Notes under the pieces: model-generated
Seen by the model: only the letters and a program-made list of their open reading frames with translations
Told to the model about the DNA's origin: nothing
The model's database searches: none
NCBI GenBank assembly: GCA_963555825.3
Contig: CAUVXB020000001.1
Span: 832,001 to 896,000, forward strand
Direction: 5' to 3'
Length of the DNA: 64,000 nt
Source of the DNA: Alphaproteobacteria bacterium
GTDB taxonomy: Bacteria > Pseudomonadota > Alphaproteobacteria > JAAXGF01
Shown here: positions 23,530 to 34,372 of the stretch, piece by piece
How positions within the stretch are numbered: the first letter of the stretch is position 1
How the letters are laid out: each line of letters begins with the position of its first letter
Translations under genes and position numbers: made by a program

Positions 23530-23631
23530 GGTCGAAAGCAGCGGTTCGGCATTAGGCCTTGGTGCCCTGCAATCGTCCCCTCCCGGCCCGAACCAGGCCT
23601 TCATTAAACCGATTCCCCCTCGCGCCTCCCC

Positions 23632-23660
23632 TTGACAGCCGGGCGACCATCGTGTTTTCT
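23632..23660 (+). promoter_or_regulatory. Putative sigma70 promoter for the riboswitch-cysH transcript
   Basis: TTGACA at 23632-23637, 17-bp spacer, weak -10 TTTTCT; predicted start site coincides with the aptamer 5' end. Confidence 0.45.
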
Positions 23661-23663
23661 CCC

Positions 23664-23720
23664 TTCAGCGCCGATTTGACCGATCAGCTTGCGGGCGCTT
23701 AACAAATACGGCTAAAGCGA
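23664..23720 (+). ncRNA. SAM-II (SAM-alpha) riboswitch
   Basis: AGCGCC-GATTTGACCG..TTGC-G-GGCGCT..AAATACGGCTAAAG matches the SAM-II pseudoknot pattern (P1 AGCGCC/GGCGCT, GATTT loop, 3' GCTAAA). Lies upstream of a sulfur-assimilation gene. Confidence 0.85.
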
Positions 23721-23724
23721 TGGC

Positions 23725-23755
23725 AACCGCCACGCCCCGCCGTGGCGGTTTTTTT
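23725..23755 (+). terminator. Intrinsic terminator directly after the SAM-II aptamer
   Basis: AACCGCCACG / CGTGGCGGTT stem with 6-nt loop, followed by a T run. Confidence 0.85.
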
Positions 23756-23832
23756 ATGCCACGGCACCGATAGCGCCCGCGAGCGACGATCGACCGGCCG
23801 AACCGAATTGTGCTCTCGGGGAGACCGCTACC

Positions 23833-24603
23833 ATGTACGACGACCGCCTCGCCCTGCCCGGCCCGCTGCCCTATTCACCGCTCGATGACCCTGCCGCCGC
23901 GCGCGCCCAGGCGCTGAGCAACACATACGGCCATCTCGATGCGGTCGCGCTGCTCGAGGTCATGATCGGGCGCGAGTTTCCCGGCCGGATCGCGCTGGTC
24001 TCGTCATTCGGCGCCGAGTCGGCGCTGCTCTTGGACCTGGTCGCCGGCATCGACCGCGCCACGCCGGTGATCTTCCTCGACACCGGCAAGCTGTTCCCCG
24101 AGACGCTGGCCTACCGCGATGAATTGGTCGATTGGCTCGGCCTCGGCGACGTTCGCGCCATTCAGCCCCCGGCCGACGTACTCGCGGCGCACGACCCCGG
24201 CGGTGATCTCTGGCGGCGCGATCCGGACGCCTGCTGCGCATTGCGCAAGGTCGCACCGCTGGCCGGGGCGCTGGCCGGGTTCGACGCCTGGATCACCGGG
24301 CGCAAGCGCCACCACGGCGCCGCGCGGGCCACGCTCGACACCATCGAGGCGGTCGACGGGCGCGTTAAGATCAACCCGCTCGCCGATTGGTCGGCCGCGC
24401 GTATCGAGGCCGGGATCGCCGCCCGCGGCTTGCCGCGCCATCCGTTGCAGGACGCTGGCTACGCGTCGATCGGCTGCGTCACCTGCACGCGACCGCTCGA
24501 GCGCGGCGAGGCGGCGCGCGCGGGCCGCTGGGCGGGCCTCGCCAAGACCGAGTGCGGCATCCACCGTGCGCCCAGGGACACACGACCGGATGTGGCGGAC
24601 TGA
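23833..24603 (+). CDS. cysH: Phosphoadenylyl-sulfate / APS reductase
   Basis: SSFGAES, FLDTGKLFPET, CCALRKVAPL, YASIGCVTCT, GRW..KTECGIH. The CC and CxxC pairs suggest the Fe-S (APS reductase) type. Confidence 0.92.
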   Translation: MYDDRLALPGPLPYSPLDDPAAARAQALSNTYGHLDAVALLEVMIGREFPGRIALVSSFGAESALLLDLVAGIDRATPVIFLDTGKLFPETLAYRDELVDWLGLGDVRAIQPPADVLAAHDPGGDLWRRDPDACCALRKVAPLAGALAGFDAWITGRKRHHGAARATLDTIEAVDGRVKINPLADWSAARIEAGIAARGLPRHPLQDAGYASIGCVTCTRPLERGEAARAGRWAGLAKTECGIHRAPRDTRPDVAD

Positions 24604-24870
24604 TCGCGTGGTTGCGGTTGTGGGTAACCTTGGCTGCGATGGCGGACTGGCTCCAGGCGTGTAGCCGCCGCAAGAAACAGGAACTCGGCATCGCCTGAGC
24701 GGCGCGGTTACGCCCCAATAGGTTGATCCCGGCAAGCCATGTCGCGGCATCGCGCCGCGCTTGCACATCAGCATCATAGCCGTCACAATCGCACCGCCGG
24801 ACCGACGCCAGGGCGCCATGTCCGCCCGCCCGATCCGCGCATGCCTCCCAACTGTCGTCGGACCTCGCCC

Positions 24871-25770
24871 ATGCCTCGTCATTCTGCCTGCGCCTACGCG
24901 CTCGCCGCCACGCTCGCGCTCGCCCCCTTGCCGGCGTCGGCGCAGCAAGCCCAACCCGAACCGGGACAGGACCCGGTCGTCGCCACCGTCGCCGGCGACG
25001 CGATTCGCCTTTCCGAGGTCGTCGATTCCAAGTCGCAGCTTCCCCAGCAGTATCAGTCGATGCCGATGGAGGCCATGTTTCCGGCCCTGGTCGAACGGGT
25101 GATCGACATACGGCTGGTCGCCCGGGAAGCGCGCGCCAACGGCATCGCCGACGATCCGGACGTGCGGCGCGAGCTGGCGCAGATCGAAAATCAGATCATC
25201 AGCCAGGTCTTTCTGACGCGCCATATCGACGCGATGATTACCGATGAGGAAGTGCAGGCACGCTACGACGAACACATTGCAGCCCTGCCGCCAGACGAGG
25301 AGATAAGCGCGCGCCATATCCTGCTCGTGACGGAAGAGGACGCGCTGGCGGTCATCGCCAGCCTCGGCGAAGGCGCCGACTTCATCGAGCTCGCCGCCGA
25401 AAAGTCGATCGGCCCCTCGGCCGACCGGGGTGGCGACATCGGCTATTTCGGCCGCGGCAACGTCGTGCCCGAATTCGCCGATGCCGCCTTCGCGCTCGAG
25501 CCCGGACAGACCTCCGAGACACCGGTGCAAAGCGAATTCGGTTGGCACGTCATCAAGGTCGATGACCGACGCGCCGTGGCGCCGCCTTCACTGGAAGAGA
25601 TGCGCGAGCAGTTCGTCACGGAAATCTCGCAACAGCTCATCGCCGAGCTGATCGGCGAGCTGCGCGACGCGGCGGCGATAGAGCGATTCAACATGGACGG
25701 CTCGCCGAAGACCGAGCCCGAACCGGCCGCCGAACCGGAAAGCCAACCCGACGCCGAACCCGCGCCCTAG
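24871..25770 (+). CDS. PpiC/parvulin-type peptidyl-prolyl isomerase (PrsA-like, exported)
   Basis: Signal peptide; SARHILL, GGDIGYF, VQSEFGWHVIKV. Confidence 0.9.
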   Translation: MPRHSACAYALAATLALAPLPASAQQAQPEPGQDPVVATVAGDAIRLSEVVDSKSQLPQQYQSMPMEAMFPALVERVIDIRLVAREARANGIADDPDVRRELAQIENQIISQVFLTRHIDAMITDEEVQARYDEHIAALPPDEEISARHILLVTEEDALAVIASLGEGADFIELAAEKSIGPSADRGGDIGYFGRGNVVPEFADAAFALEPGQTSETPVQSEFGWHVIKVDDRRAVAPPSLEEMREQFVTEISQQLIAELIGELRDAAAIERFNMDGSPKTEPEPAAEPESQPDAEPAP

Positions 25771-25783
25771 CGGCTCACTGCCG

Positions 25784-26980
25784 TCAGACCGCACGCGCCG
25801 CCCGGTTGCGCACCGGGTGGCGGTTGGCGTCCTTGTAGCCGAGCGCGTCCTCGGCAATCAGCACGCGCTGGACGTTGGGCGTGCCCTCGCCGACGTTGAG
25901 CATGTTGACGTAGGCGGTGATCTTCGAAACCGGGTATTCGTCGGCCAACGCGTAGCCGCCATAGATTTCGGCGACAGCCTGCGCCGCCTGCTTGGCGACC
26001 TGGCCGGCGAAATACTTGGCGCGCGACGAGGCGCGGGTCGACGGCGCGCCCCGGTCCATCGTCCATGCCAGGCGCTGCACCATCAACCGCGCTGCCTCGA
26101 CACCCACCGTCATGTCGGCGATCGGCTGCTGGACCATTTGGCGCCGTCCGATCGGCTGGCCGCCGACGACGCGCTCGGCCGCGTAGGCGCAGGCATGGTC
26201 GAGACACGCCTGGGCCAGGCCGACGAGCCGCGCGGAGACCGTCAGCCGACCGTACTCAAGCGCGTTCATGGCAATCTTGAAGCCCTCGCCCTCCGCGCCC
26301 AAGCGGTTCGCCACCGGCACCGCGAAACCGTCGAGGAAGACCGCGCAGCTGCACAGCGACTTCGACAGCCCGGTCATCGGGATCGGTGTCGCCGAGAAGC
26401 CGGGCGCCGCCTTCGGCTCGACGATGAAGGCGGTGATGCCCGCATGGCCGGCATCCGGGTCGGTCTTGGCGAACAGCAGCCCGGTGTCGCAGGCGTCGGC
26501 GAAGGTGATCCACTGCTTGGCGCCGTCGAGCCGGTATGCCTCGCCGTCGCGCCGCGCCCGCGTCTGCATCGCGCCCGCCGGGTCCGAGCCGCCGCCTGGT
26601 TCGCTGAGCGCGAACATGCCGACGCGGCGGCCGGCGATCAGGTCGGGCACGAAGCGTTCGATCTGCGCGTCGCTGCCCCAGTTGTAGATGGTGAACGGGC
26701 AGGTCATCGCCTGCAGGTTCATGGCATAGCCGAACTCGGGCGCCAGCCGGGAAATCTCCTCGGCGACCGTGGCGACGGCGAGGAAGCCCATGGCGCTGCC
26801 GCCGAGGCGCTCGGGAAAGGCGGCGCCGAACAAGCCCGCGGCGCCCATCTTCTCGATGATCGGCCCGGGGAACGCGCCGCGCGCCTCATAGTCGGCCATC
26901 GCCGGCGCGATCTCGGTCTCGACGAAGCGCGCGACGCTGTCGCGGACCTGGGCGATCTCATCGGGCAGAGTGAAGTCCAT
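25784..26980 (-). CDS. Acyl-CoA dehydrogenase
   Basis: FALSEPGGGSD, GAKQWIT, GEGFKIAM, YGGY, GEGTPNVQR. Confidence 0.92.
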   Translation of the reverse strand: MDFTLPDEIAQVRDSVARFVETEIAPAMADYEARGAFPGPIIEKMGAAGLFGAAFPERLGGSAMGFLAVATVAEEISRLAPEFGYAMNLQAMTCPFTIYNWGSDAQIERFVPDLIAGRRVGMFALSEPGGGSDPAGAMQTRARRDGEAYRLDGAKQWITFADACDTGLLFAKTDPDAGHAGITAFIVEPKAAPGFSATPIPMTGLSKSLCSCAVFLDGFAVPVANRLGAEGEGFKIAMNALEYGRLTVSARLVGLAQACLDHACAYAAERVVGGQPIGRRQMVQQPIADMTVGVEAARLMVQRLAWTMDRGAPSTRASSRAKYFAGQVAKQAAQAVAEIYGGYALADEYPVSKITAYVNMLNVGEGTPNVQRVLIAEDALGYKDANRHPVRNRAARAV

Positions 26981-27055
26981 CGCGGGGTTCCGGCCGGTTT
27001 TTGCGTCTGGCAAAGCTAGCACAATCCGCGTATACCGCCGTCCGGTTATGTAATA

Positions 27056-27313
27056 CCAAGGACCAGTGATAAAGACCCATAGAGATCGCGTCCGCTTTTC
27101 GCCGGTGAGGCAAGGGAGCCGCGGGCGATGCAGCGCATCGGCTAGGCTTCCTGACGCCCTCCGGCGATAAGCGGACGCGACCCGAAGGGCGGTTTGCCGA
27201 GGCTCTCGGACGTCGTTGCGCCCGTCTTGCGATGCGCTGCATCGCCGCGACGGGCGCGCCTAGCCGAGAACCACGGCAAGCCGTCTCCATGGGTCTTTAT
27301 CACTGTTCCTTGG
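27056..27313. mobile_element. Putative MITE (258 bp) with ~30-bp terminal inverted repeats and TA flanks
   Basis: CCAAGGACCAGTGATAAAGACCCATAGAGA versus the reverse complement of TCTCCATGGGTCTTTATCACTGTTCCTTGG (2 mismatches); TA on both sides; nested internal inverted repeats; no credible ORF. Confidence 0.72.
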
Positions 27314-27344
27314 TATAATACCAAGGAACAGTGATAGGACAGTC

Positions 27345-29018
27345 ATGACGCAGCGTACTAACCTGCGCACCGGCGGCCAGATTTTGGTCGACGCGCTCAA
27401 AATTCACGGCGTCGACATGGCATTCTGCGTGCCCGGCGAAAGCTATCTCGCGGTGCTCGACGCGCTATACGACGCGCAGGGCGACATCCGGCTGATCACC
27501 TGCCGCCACGAGAGCGGCGCGTCATTCATGGCCGAGGCGTACGGCAAGCTGACCGGCCGGCCCGGCATCTGCTTCGTGACCCGGGCTCCGGGTGCCTGCA
27601 ATGCCAGCATCGGCGCGCATACCGCGCTGCAGGACTCATCACCCATGATCATGTTCGTCGGCCAAGTGGCGCGCGACCAACAGGACCGCGAGGCCTTCCA
27701 GGAGGTCGACTATCGGCGTATGTATGGCGAGCTCGCCAAGTGGGTCGGCCAGGTCGAGAACCCGGCGCGGCTGCCGGAATACATCAGCCATGCGTTCCAT
27801 GTCGCGGTCTCGGGCCGGCCCGGGCCGGTCGTGCTCGCGTTGCCCGAGGACATGCTGACCGAGACCGCCGAAACCGCCGACACCGGTCCCTACACGGTCG
27901 TGCGCCCCAACCCCGGCGCCGCCCAGCTCGACGAGATGCGGCGCCTGTTGGCCGATGCCGAGCGGCCGATGATGATCGTCGGTGGTGGCGGCTGGAGCGC
28001 CCGGGCCGCGACCGACATCGTCGGCTTCGCCGAGGCCAACGACATCCCGACCGGCGTCGCGTTCCGCTGCCAGGACCTGTTCGACAACGACCACGCCAAT
28101 TACGCCGGCGACATCGGCATCGGCCTCAACCCGCCGCTCGCCCGGCGCCTGCGCGAGAGTGACCTGCTGCTCGTCGTCGGCGCGCGGCTCGGCGAGATGA
28201 CGTCCCAGGGCTATACCCTGCCCGCGCCGCCCAACGCGCCGCAGACGCTGGTCCATGTCCACGCCGACGCCGGCGAGTTGGGCCGCGTCTACCAGGCCGA
28301 CCTGCCGATCGCCTCGGGCATGGCCGAGTTCGCCGCCGCCGCGCGGGCGCTCGACCCGGTCGACACAGCAGCCCGGCGCGACTGGGCCAAGGCCGCGCGC
28401 GACGACTACCTCGCCGGTCTCGAGCCGGGGCCGACGCCCGGCCCGGTCGACATGGCGCTTATCATCGCCGCGCTCAGCGCGCGCGTGGCGCCCGACGCCA
28501 TCATCACCAACGACGCCGGCAACTTCTCGGGCTGGGCGCAGCGCTTCTACCGCTTCACGCGCTACCGCAGCCAGCTCGGCCCGACCAACGGCGCGATGGG
28601 CTATGGCGTGCCGGCGGCGGTCGCCGCCAAGGCGGCCTGCCCCGACCGGACGGTGATCTGCTTCGTCGGCGACGGCGGCATGCTGATGACCGGCCAGGAG
28701 ATCGCCACCGCCCTGCAGCACGGCATCGCGCCGGTCATCATCGTGGTCAACAACGACATGTACGGCACGATCCGCATGCACCAGGAGCGGGACTACCCGG
28801 CGCGGGTCCATGGCACGGCGCTCGCCAACCCCGACTTCGCGGCGCTGGCCCGGGCCTATGGCGCCCATGGCGAGACGGTCGAGAAGACCGAGGACTTCGC
28901 GCCGGCGCTCGACCGCGCGCTCGCCGCCGGACGCTGCGCCGTCATCGAGCTGCGCATCGACCCCGAGGCGATCACCACGCGCACGACGCTCGGCGCGATC
29001 CGCGAAAAGGCGCTGGCG

Positions 29019-29033
<15 letters not shown>
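27345..29033 (+). CDS. Thiamine-diphosphate-dependent enzyme (acetolactate synthase large subunit-like)
   Basis: [37 protein letters not shown] ThDP motif. Confidence 0.9.
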
Positions 29034-30470
<1,437 letters not shown>

Positions 30471-30512
30471 GCGGTTGGCCTCCCGGTTGCGTGAGTTTCG
30501 TTGTATCAGCGA

Positions 30513-30596
30513 TCACAGCGCGTCGGCGGTCGCATCGACCTTGCCGCTGCGGATTTGCACGACGTGCGTGAGCTCGGAGACGAAGATCCGGCCGTC
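30513..30596 (-). pseudogene. P-II (GlnB/GlnK) C-terminal remnant
   Basis: [22 protein letters not shown] resembles the P-II C-terminus GDGKIFV..VIRIRTGE..AL; immediately upstream of glnA. Confidence 0.75.
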
Positions 30597-30805
30597 GACA
30601 GCACGTTCTTCTTGCGCACCATGCCGCCGTAAAACAACACCAATCGGGGCACGGTCATCATCAGCACGAGCGCCGTGGCGACCAGCATCCACGCCGTATC
30701 CCCGCTGTCGAGCTTCGGCGCATTTGCCTGGGCGAACGCCGGGGTAGCATTGACCAGGGCCGCGGCTATCACGCCATACCGAAGAGACCGCAAAATTTGT
30801 ACCAT
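30594..30805 (-). pseudogene. amtB: Ammonium transporter N-terminal remnant
   Basis: Signal peptide then [38 protein letters not shown], the AmtB first helix; similarity ends at about 30594. Confidence 0.88.
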
Positions 30806-31216
30806 CTGGGAAGCCTCTTGATTTTCGCCTGCCACGGACGGAAACGAGACGTCGCGGCCAGCGGGCGACACCGCCGCCCGGGCCTACAATTTCCACAACC
30901 GAAACGTCAAACCTGGCCGCAAACGACTATAAAACAGCCGCCTATGCGGCTAACTTCGCGCCGATGCGCCCCCATGGGCGCGCCGACGGCTATCGATCGC
31001 CCCACGCTTAGTTGTTTTTGGCAACGCCCGATTGAAGCATTTCGCGGCAATCTGTTGCGGCATTGTGGCGATTGATACGGATTCGCAAACGTCATTAATC
31101 CCCGAACTATATCCGATCATCGACGGGGCGGTAAAAAGTCGATTCCTCATGAGAGTCGGCTGGATTATAATTGAGTCGGACCCGATTTCCTTGGACACAG
31201 AATTGGCTTAATCGAA

Positions 31217-31648
31217 GTGTCCAAGGAGGACCGGAACATGACCGACAATTTTGAGAACAAAGTTGCTGTTGATGGGCCTGTGGTAAACGAGGGCGAGCTT
31301 GGCTCGTCCACGTTTTCCCCGGGCCAGGTTTCGCCGGCAGGCCCGCTGGGACTTGGCCAGCGGTGGACGGTGACGCGCAAGCGTGAGGTTGCCCTGCGGC
31401 TTTTGCGTGGCGAGCCGGTGGAACTTTTGTCGCGGCAGTTGGGCGTGGAGATTTTCCGGCTCGAGCAGTGGCGTGAGAAGGCGATCGCCGGGATCGATGC
31501 CTCGCTCAAGGAACGCAAGGGCGATCCGGTGAAGGCGGAACTGGACATCGCCATGAAGCGGATCGGGGAGTTGATCATGCAGGTGGAACTGCTGGAGGCC
31601 AAGACGGAGACGTCCGGCCCTTTGGGGCGGCGGAGGTCGCGGCGATGA
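31217..31648 (+). CDS. IS3-like OrfA
   Basis: Same translation as 11363-11794. Confidence 0.85.
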   Translation: MSKEDRNMTDNFENKVAVDGPVVNEGELGSSTFSPGQVSPAGPLGLGQRWTVTRKREVALRLLRGEPVELLSRQLGVEIFRLEQWREKAIAGIDASLKERKGDPVKAELDIAMKRIGELIMQVELLEAKTETSGPLGRRRSRR

Positions 31649-32556
31649 GTGCCGCCACCTCTCCCGGCACGGGTTTGGCCTACGGCCTCCAGCGGGTCTG
31701 TGCGGCCTGGGGTTTTGCCCGTTCCTCGTTCTACGCCATGAAATCCCGGCAGCAGGCCACCGCTGAGCGCCCACCAGCAAAGCGCCGGGGACCGAAGCCC
31801 TCGATCTCGGACGAGGCTCTGCTGGTGGCCATCGAGGCCGACCTGGAGGCATCCCCCTGGGAGGGCGAGGGACACCGCAAGGTCTGGGCTCGGCTTCGGG
31901 TCTGTCGTGGCATCCGTGTTTCCCGCAAGCGGGGGCTCCGGGTGATGCGCGAGAACAACCTGCTCTCGCCCCATCGCTGCCGCCGCCGTGGCGGAAATCC
32001 CCATGTCGGTGAGATCATCACCCATGCCCCCAACCTCATGTGGGGCACGGACGGCGTTCGGGTGTTCACGGTGGACGACGGCTGGGGCTGGATATTCACC
32101 GCCATCGAGCATTGGAACGCCGAGTGCGTCGGCTGGCATGTGTGCAAGCGAGGCGACCGCTTCGCCGCCCTTCAGCCGATCTCCATGGGGCTTGCGAGGC
32201 TGTATGCCTCGACCTCCGCCGGTGCGGCGCGGGGGCTGGCCTTGCGGATGGATCACGGCTCCCAGTATCTGTCGGACCACTTCACCAACCAGATCAAGTT
32301 CTGGGGCATCCAGCCGTCCTACGCCTTCGTCGAACAGCCCCAGACCAACGGCGTCGCCGAGAGGTTCAATCGCACGCTCAAGGAACAGATCATCCATGGC
32401 CGCATCTACCGCAACATCGCGGAGCTGCGGAACGCCGTCCGCGGGTTCGTCGAACAGTACAATGCCCAGTGGATCGTGGAGAAGAACGGCTACCTGAGCC
32501 CCGCTCAAGCTCGTCAGGCGTGGCACACCGCGATGTCACTCAGGCCCGCCGCATGA
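31645..32556 (+). CDS. IS3-like OrfB DDE transposase
   Basis: Same translation as 11791-12702. Confidence 0.92.
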   Translation: MSAATSPGTGLAYGLQRVCAAWGFARSSFYAMKSRQQATAERPPAKRRGPKPSISDEALLVAIEADLEASPWEGEGHRKVWARLRVCRGIRVSRKRGLRVMRENNLLSPHRCRRRGGNPHVGEIITHAPNLMWGTDGVRVFTVDDGWGWIFTAIEHWNAECVGWHVCKRGDRFAALQPISMGLARLYASTSAGAARGLALRMDHGSQYLSDHFTNQIKFWGIQPSYAFVEQPQTNGVAERFNRTLKEQIIHGRIYRNIAELRNAVRGFVEQYNAQWIVEKNGYLSPAQARQAWHTAMSLRPAA

Positions 32557-32610
32557 GACAAACTTGTGTCCAAGGAACCGGGTGCGATACAGGCTGGATT
32601 ATAATTGTGC

Positions 32611-34215
32611 ATGTTTACTTTACGCGACCGACGGACTGGGGAATTGTTTGATCGCTGGTCCGATTTCGGGGACAAACGTCGGCGCCTGATGGAGCAATCC
32701 TGGGCCGGGGTTTTTCGGAACCATCTGCTTGTCGAACTTCCGGTTGACGATCTTTGCCGTCACCTTGATGAACGCATGGGCCGACCATCGAAGGATCTAC
32801 ACGTTGTCATCGGGGTCTTGCTTTTGCAGCAGCTGCACGATCTGAGCGATGCAGAGACCGTCGAGGCCCTGGCCTTCAATATGGCGTGGCACTATGCCTT
32901 GGACGTGCGCAGCGAAGCGGACAGCTATTTCTGTGAGAAAACCCTGCGCAACTATCGCCGTCTGTTTATCGAACAAGGTCTCGATGAATTGCTGTTCCGG
33001 TGTTTGACGGATCGGCTGGTGCAGGGGTTCTCTGTCGATACCAGCCACCAACGCATGGATTCGACGGCCCTTCGTTCGGCAATGCGGGCGCTGACACGAC
33101 TTGGTATCGTTGTTGAGAGCATCTCGAAGTTTGCCCGTGAGCTTGAGCGATATCATCCCGGTCTGCACGAGCAGATCAGCAAGGAGGTGATCCGCCGCTA
33201 TGTCGATCGCGAGGGTAATGGCGCGTTCGCGAATACGGCGCCGAGTGTTTCAAAACGGCGCCTCGGCGAAGCGGGTCAGTATCTCCTAGCCCTGGTGCTG
33301 CAATTCCGTGACACGGCGGCGGCAAAGCTTTCCAGTTTTGCGATCCTGGAGAGGGTTCTGCGCGATCAGTTCGAGATCGTTGATGATGAGTATGGCGATC
33401 GTGACGCAACGCGCGCCGCGATTCGAGATCCAAAGGATGTGCCGTGCGATACCGTCGGCAATCCGGCCGACCCGGACGCGAGCTACAACGCGCACAAGGG
33501 TCAAGGATACATGGCGCAGATCGTCGAAACCTATTGTGAAGATGTCAGTAACGAGGCGGTTGCCGCGACACCGGACCTCATCACCCACGTGGAGGTCCAC
33601 AAGATGACGGTGCATGACGGCCATCGCTTAGCCGATGCGCTGGATGATCTGAGCGAGCGCGCGCTGACGCCGGCGGTGATGCTGGGTGATTCACATTACG
33701 GTTCCAGTGACAACATGGCTCTGACGCGCGAACAGAACATCAATCTCGTGGCGCCCGCACGACCGCCGAAAGGCGCCGTCTCGGGACGGTTGACGTTGGA
33801 GGATTTCACTCTCAACGAAGAAGGCTTGGTCTTGCGCTGTCCCAATAACGTCGAACCGGTTTCAGCCTCGCTCGCCAAAGCCAAGCTGCAGGCCCGTTTC
33901 GACCTCTCCATCTGCCAAAAATGTCCCGATATACTGCGATGTCCCGTGCAGGCGGCCAAGCGTGACGGCCAATTTTCCCGCTTTCAATATACCCCGGCCA
34001 GGGCTGCCAACCAAAAGCGCCGGCTTTATGAACAAAGCGATGCCTTCCGCAACGTCTACAGATGGCGGGCCGGCATAGAAGCGACCATGTCGCGATTAAA
34101 GTACCAGATGAACCTGGCTCACCTACGCATTCGCGGCATGCCGGCCATGCGCTACGTGGTCAATCTGCGTGCCCTCGGCCTCAATATCCGACGCTGCGCG
34201 GCAATCGCACCATAA
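32611..34215 (+). CDS. DDE transposase (DUF772-like N-terminus, IS1182/IS4-like)
   Basis: MGRPS..LSDAETVE, QRMDST, DPDASY, LGDSHYGS, Cys cluster, YRWRAGIEATMSRLK. Family assignment is tentative. Confidence 0.88.
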   Translation: MFTLRDRRTGELFDRWSDFGDKRRRLMEQSWAGVFRNHLLVELPVDDLCRHLDERMGRPSKDLHVVIGVLLLQQLHDLSDAETVEALAFNMAWHYALDVRSEADSYFCEKTLRNYRRLFIEQGLDELLFRCLTDRLVQGFSVDTSHQRMDSTALRSAMRALTRLGIVVESISKFARELERYHPGLHEQISKEVIRRYVDREGNGAFANTAPSVSKRRLGEAGQYLLALVLQFRDTAAAKLSSFAILERVLRDQFEIVDDEYGDRDATRAAIRDPKDVPCDTVGNPADPDASYNAHKGQGYMAQIVETYCEDVSNEAVAATPDLITHVEVHKMTVHDGHRLADALDDLSERALTPAVMLGDSHYGSSDNMALTREQNINLVAPARPPKGAVSGRLTLEDFTLNEEGLVLRCPNNVEPVSASLAKAKLQARFDLSICQKCPDILRCPVQAAKRDGQFSRFQYTPARAANQKRRLYEQSDAFRNVYRWRAGIEATMSRLKYQMNLAHLRIRGMPAMRYVVNLRALGLNIRRCAAIAP

Positions 34216-34372
34216 AAAACGAAGCCAAGGAGAAGCCAAGGGTAGGTAATATCAGGTTTTATCCACCAGCAACGCGGAGACAGGCAAATATTCTTCACCG
34301 AACCGCAAAGACCTGTACAAGCACGCCATCGGCCAACAACTTTTTACCGCCCCGTCGATCATCTCACATCAC

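Larger units (their letters stand above)
31172..32591 (+). mobile_element. IS3-like two-ORF element, copy 2 (1420 bp) with 14-bp direct repeats
   Basis: Same ends and proteins as copy 1; GGCTGGATTATAAT at 31158-31171 and 32592-32605. Confidence 0.93.
31122..34356 (+). mobile_element. 1801-bp IS (IS1182/IS4-like), copy 1, carrying a nested IS3-like element
   Basis: Perfect IRs GACGGGGCGGTAAAAAGT; GATCATC duplicated (31115-31121, 34357-34363). Length 3235 = 1801 + 1420 + 14. Confidence 0.93.

Noticed and set aside
24639-24698. Short ORF MADWLQACSRRKKQELGIA, or an ncRNA between cysH and the PPIase
   Set aside because: Could be a gene-end remnant, but there is no RBS or recognisable RNA motif.
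30810-31110. Sigma54/NtrC sites upstream of amtB-glnA
   Set aside because: Expected from the biology, but I found no convincing TGGCAC-N5-TTGC or NtrC palindrome on the correct strand.
34216-34356. Guide/bridge RNA in the 3' non-coding end of the 1801-bp IS explaining its targeting
   Set aside because: No visible match to the target motif, and the transposase is DDE-type rather than IS110 or TnpB.
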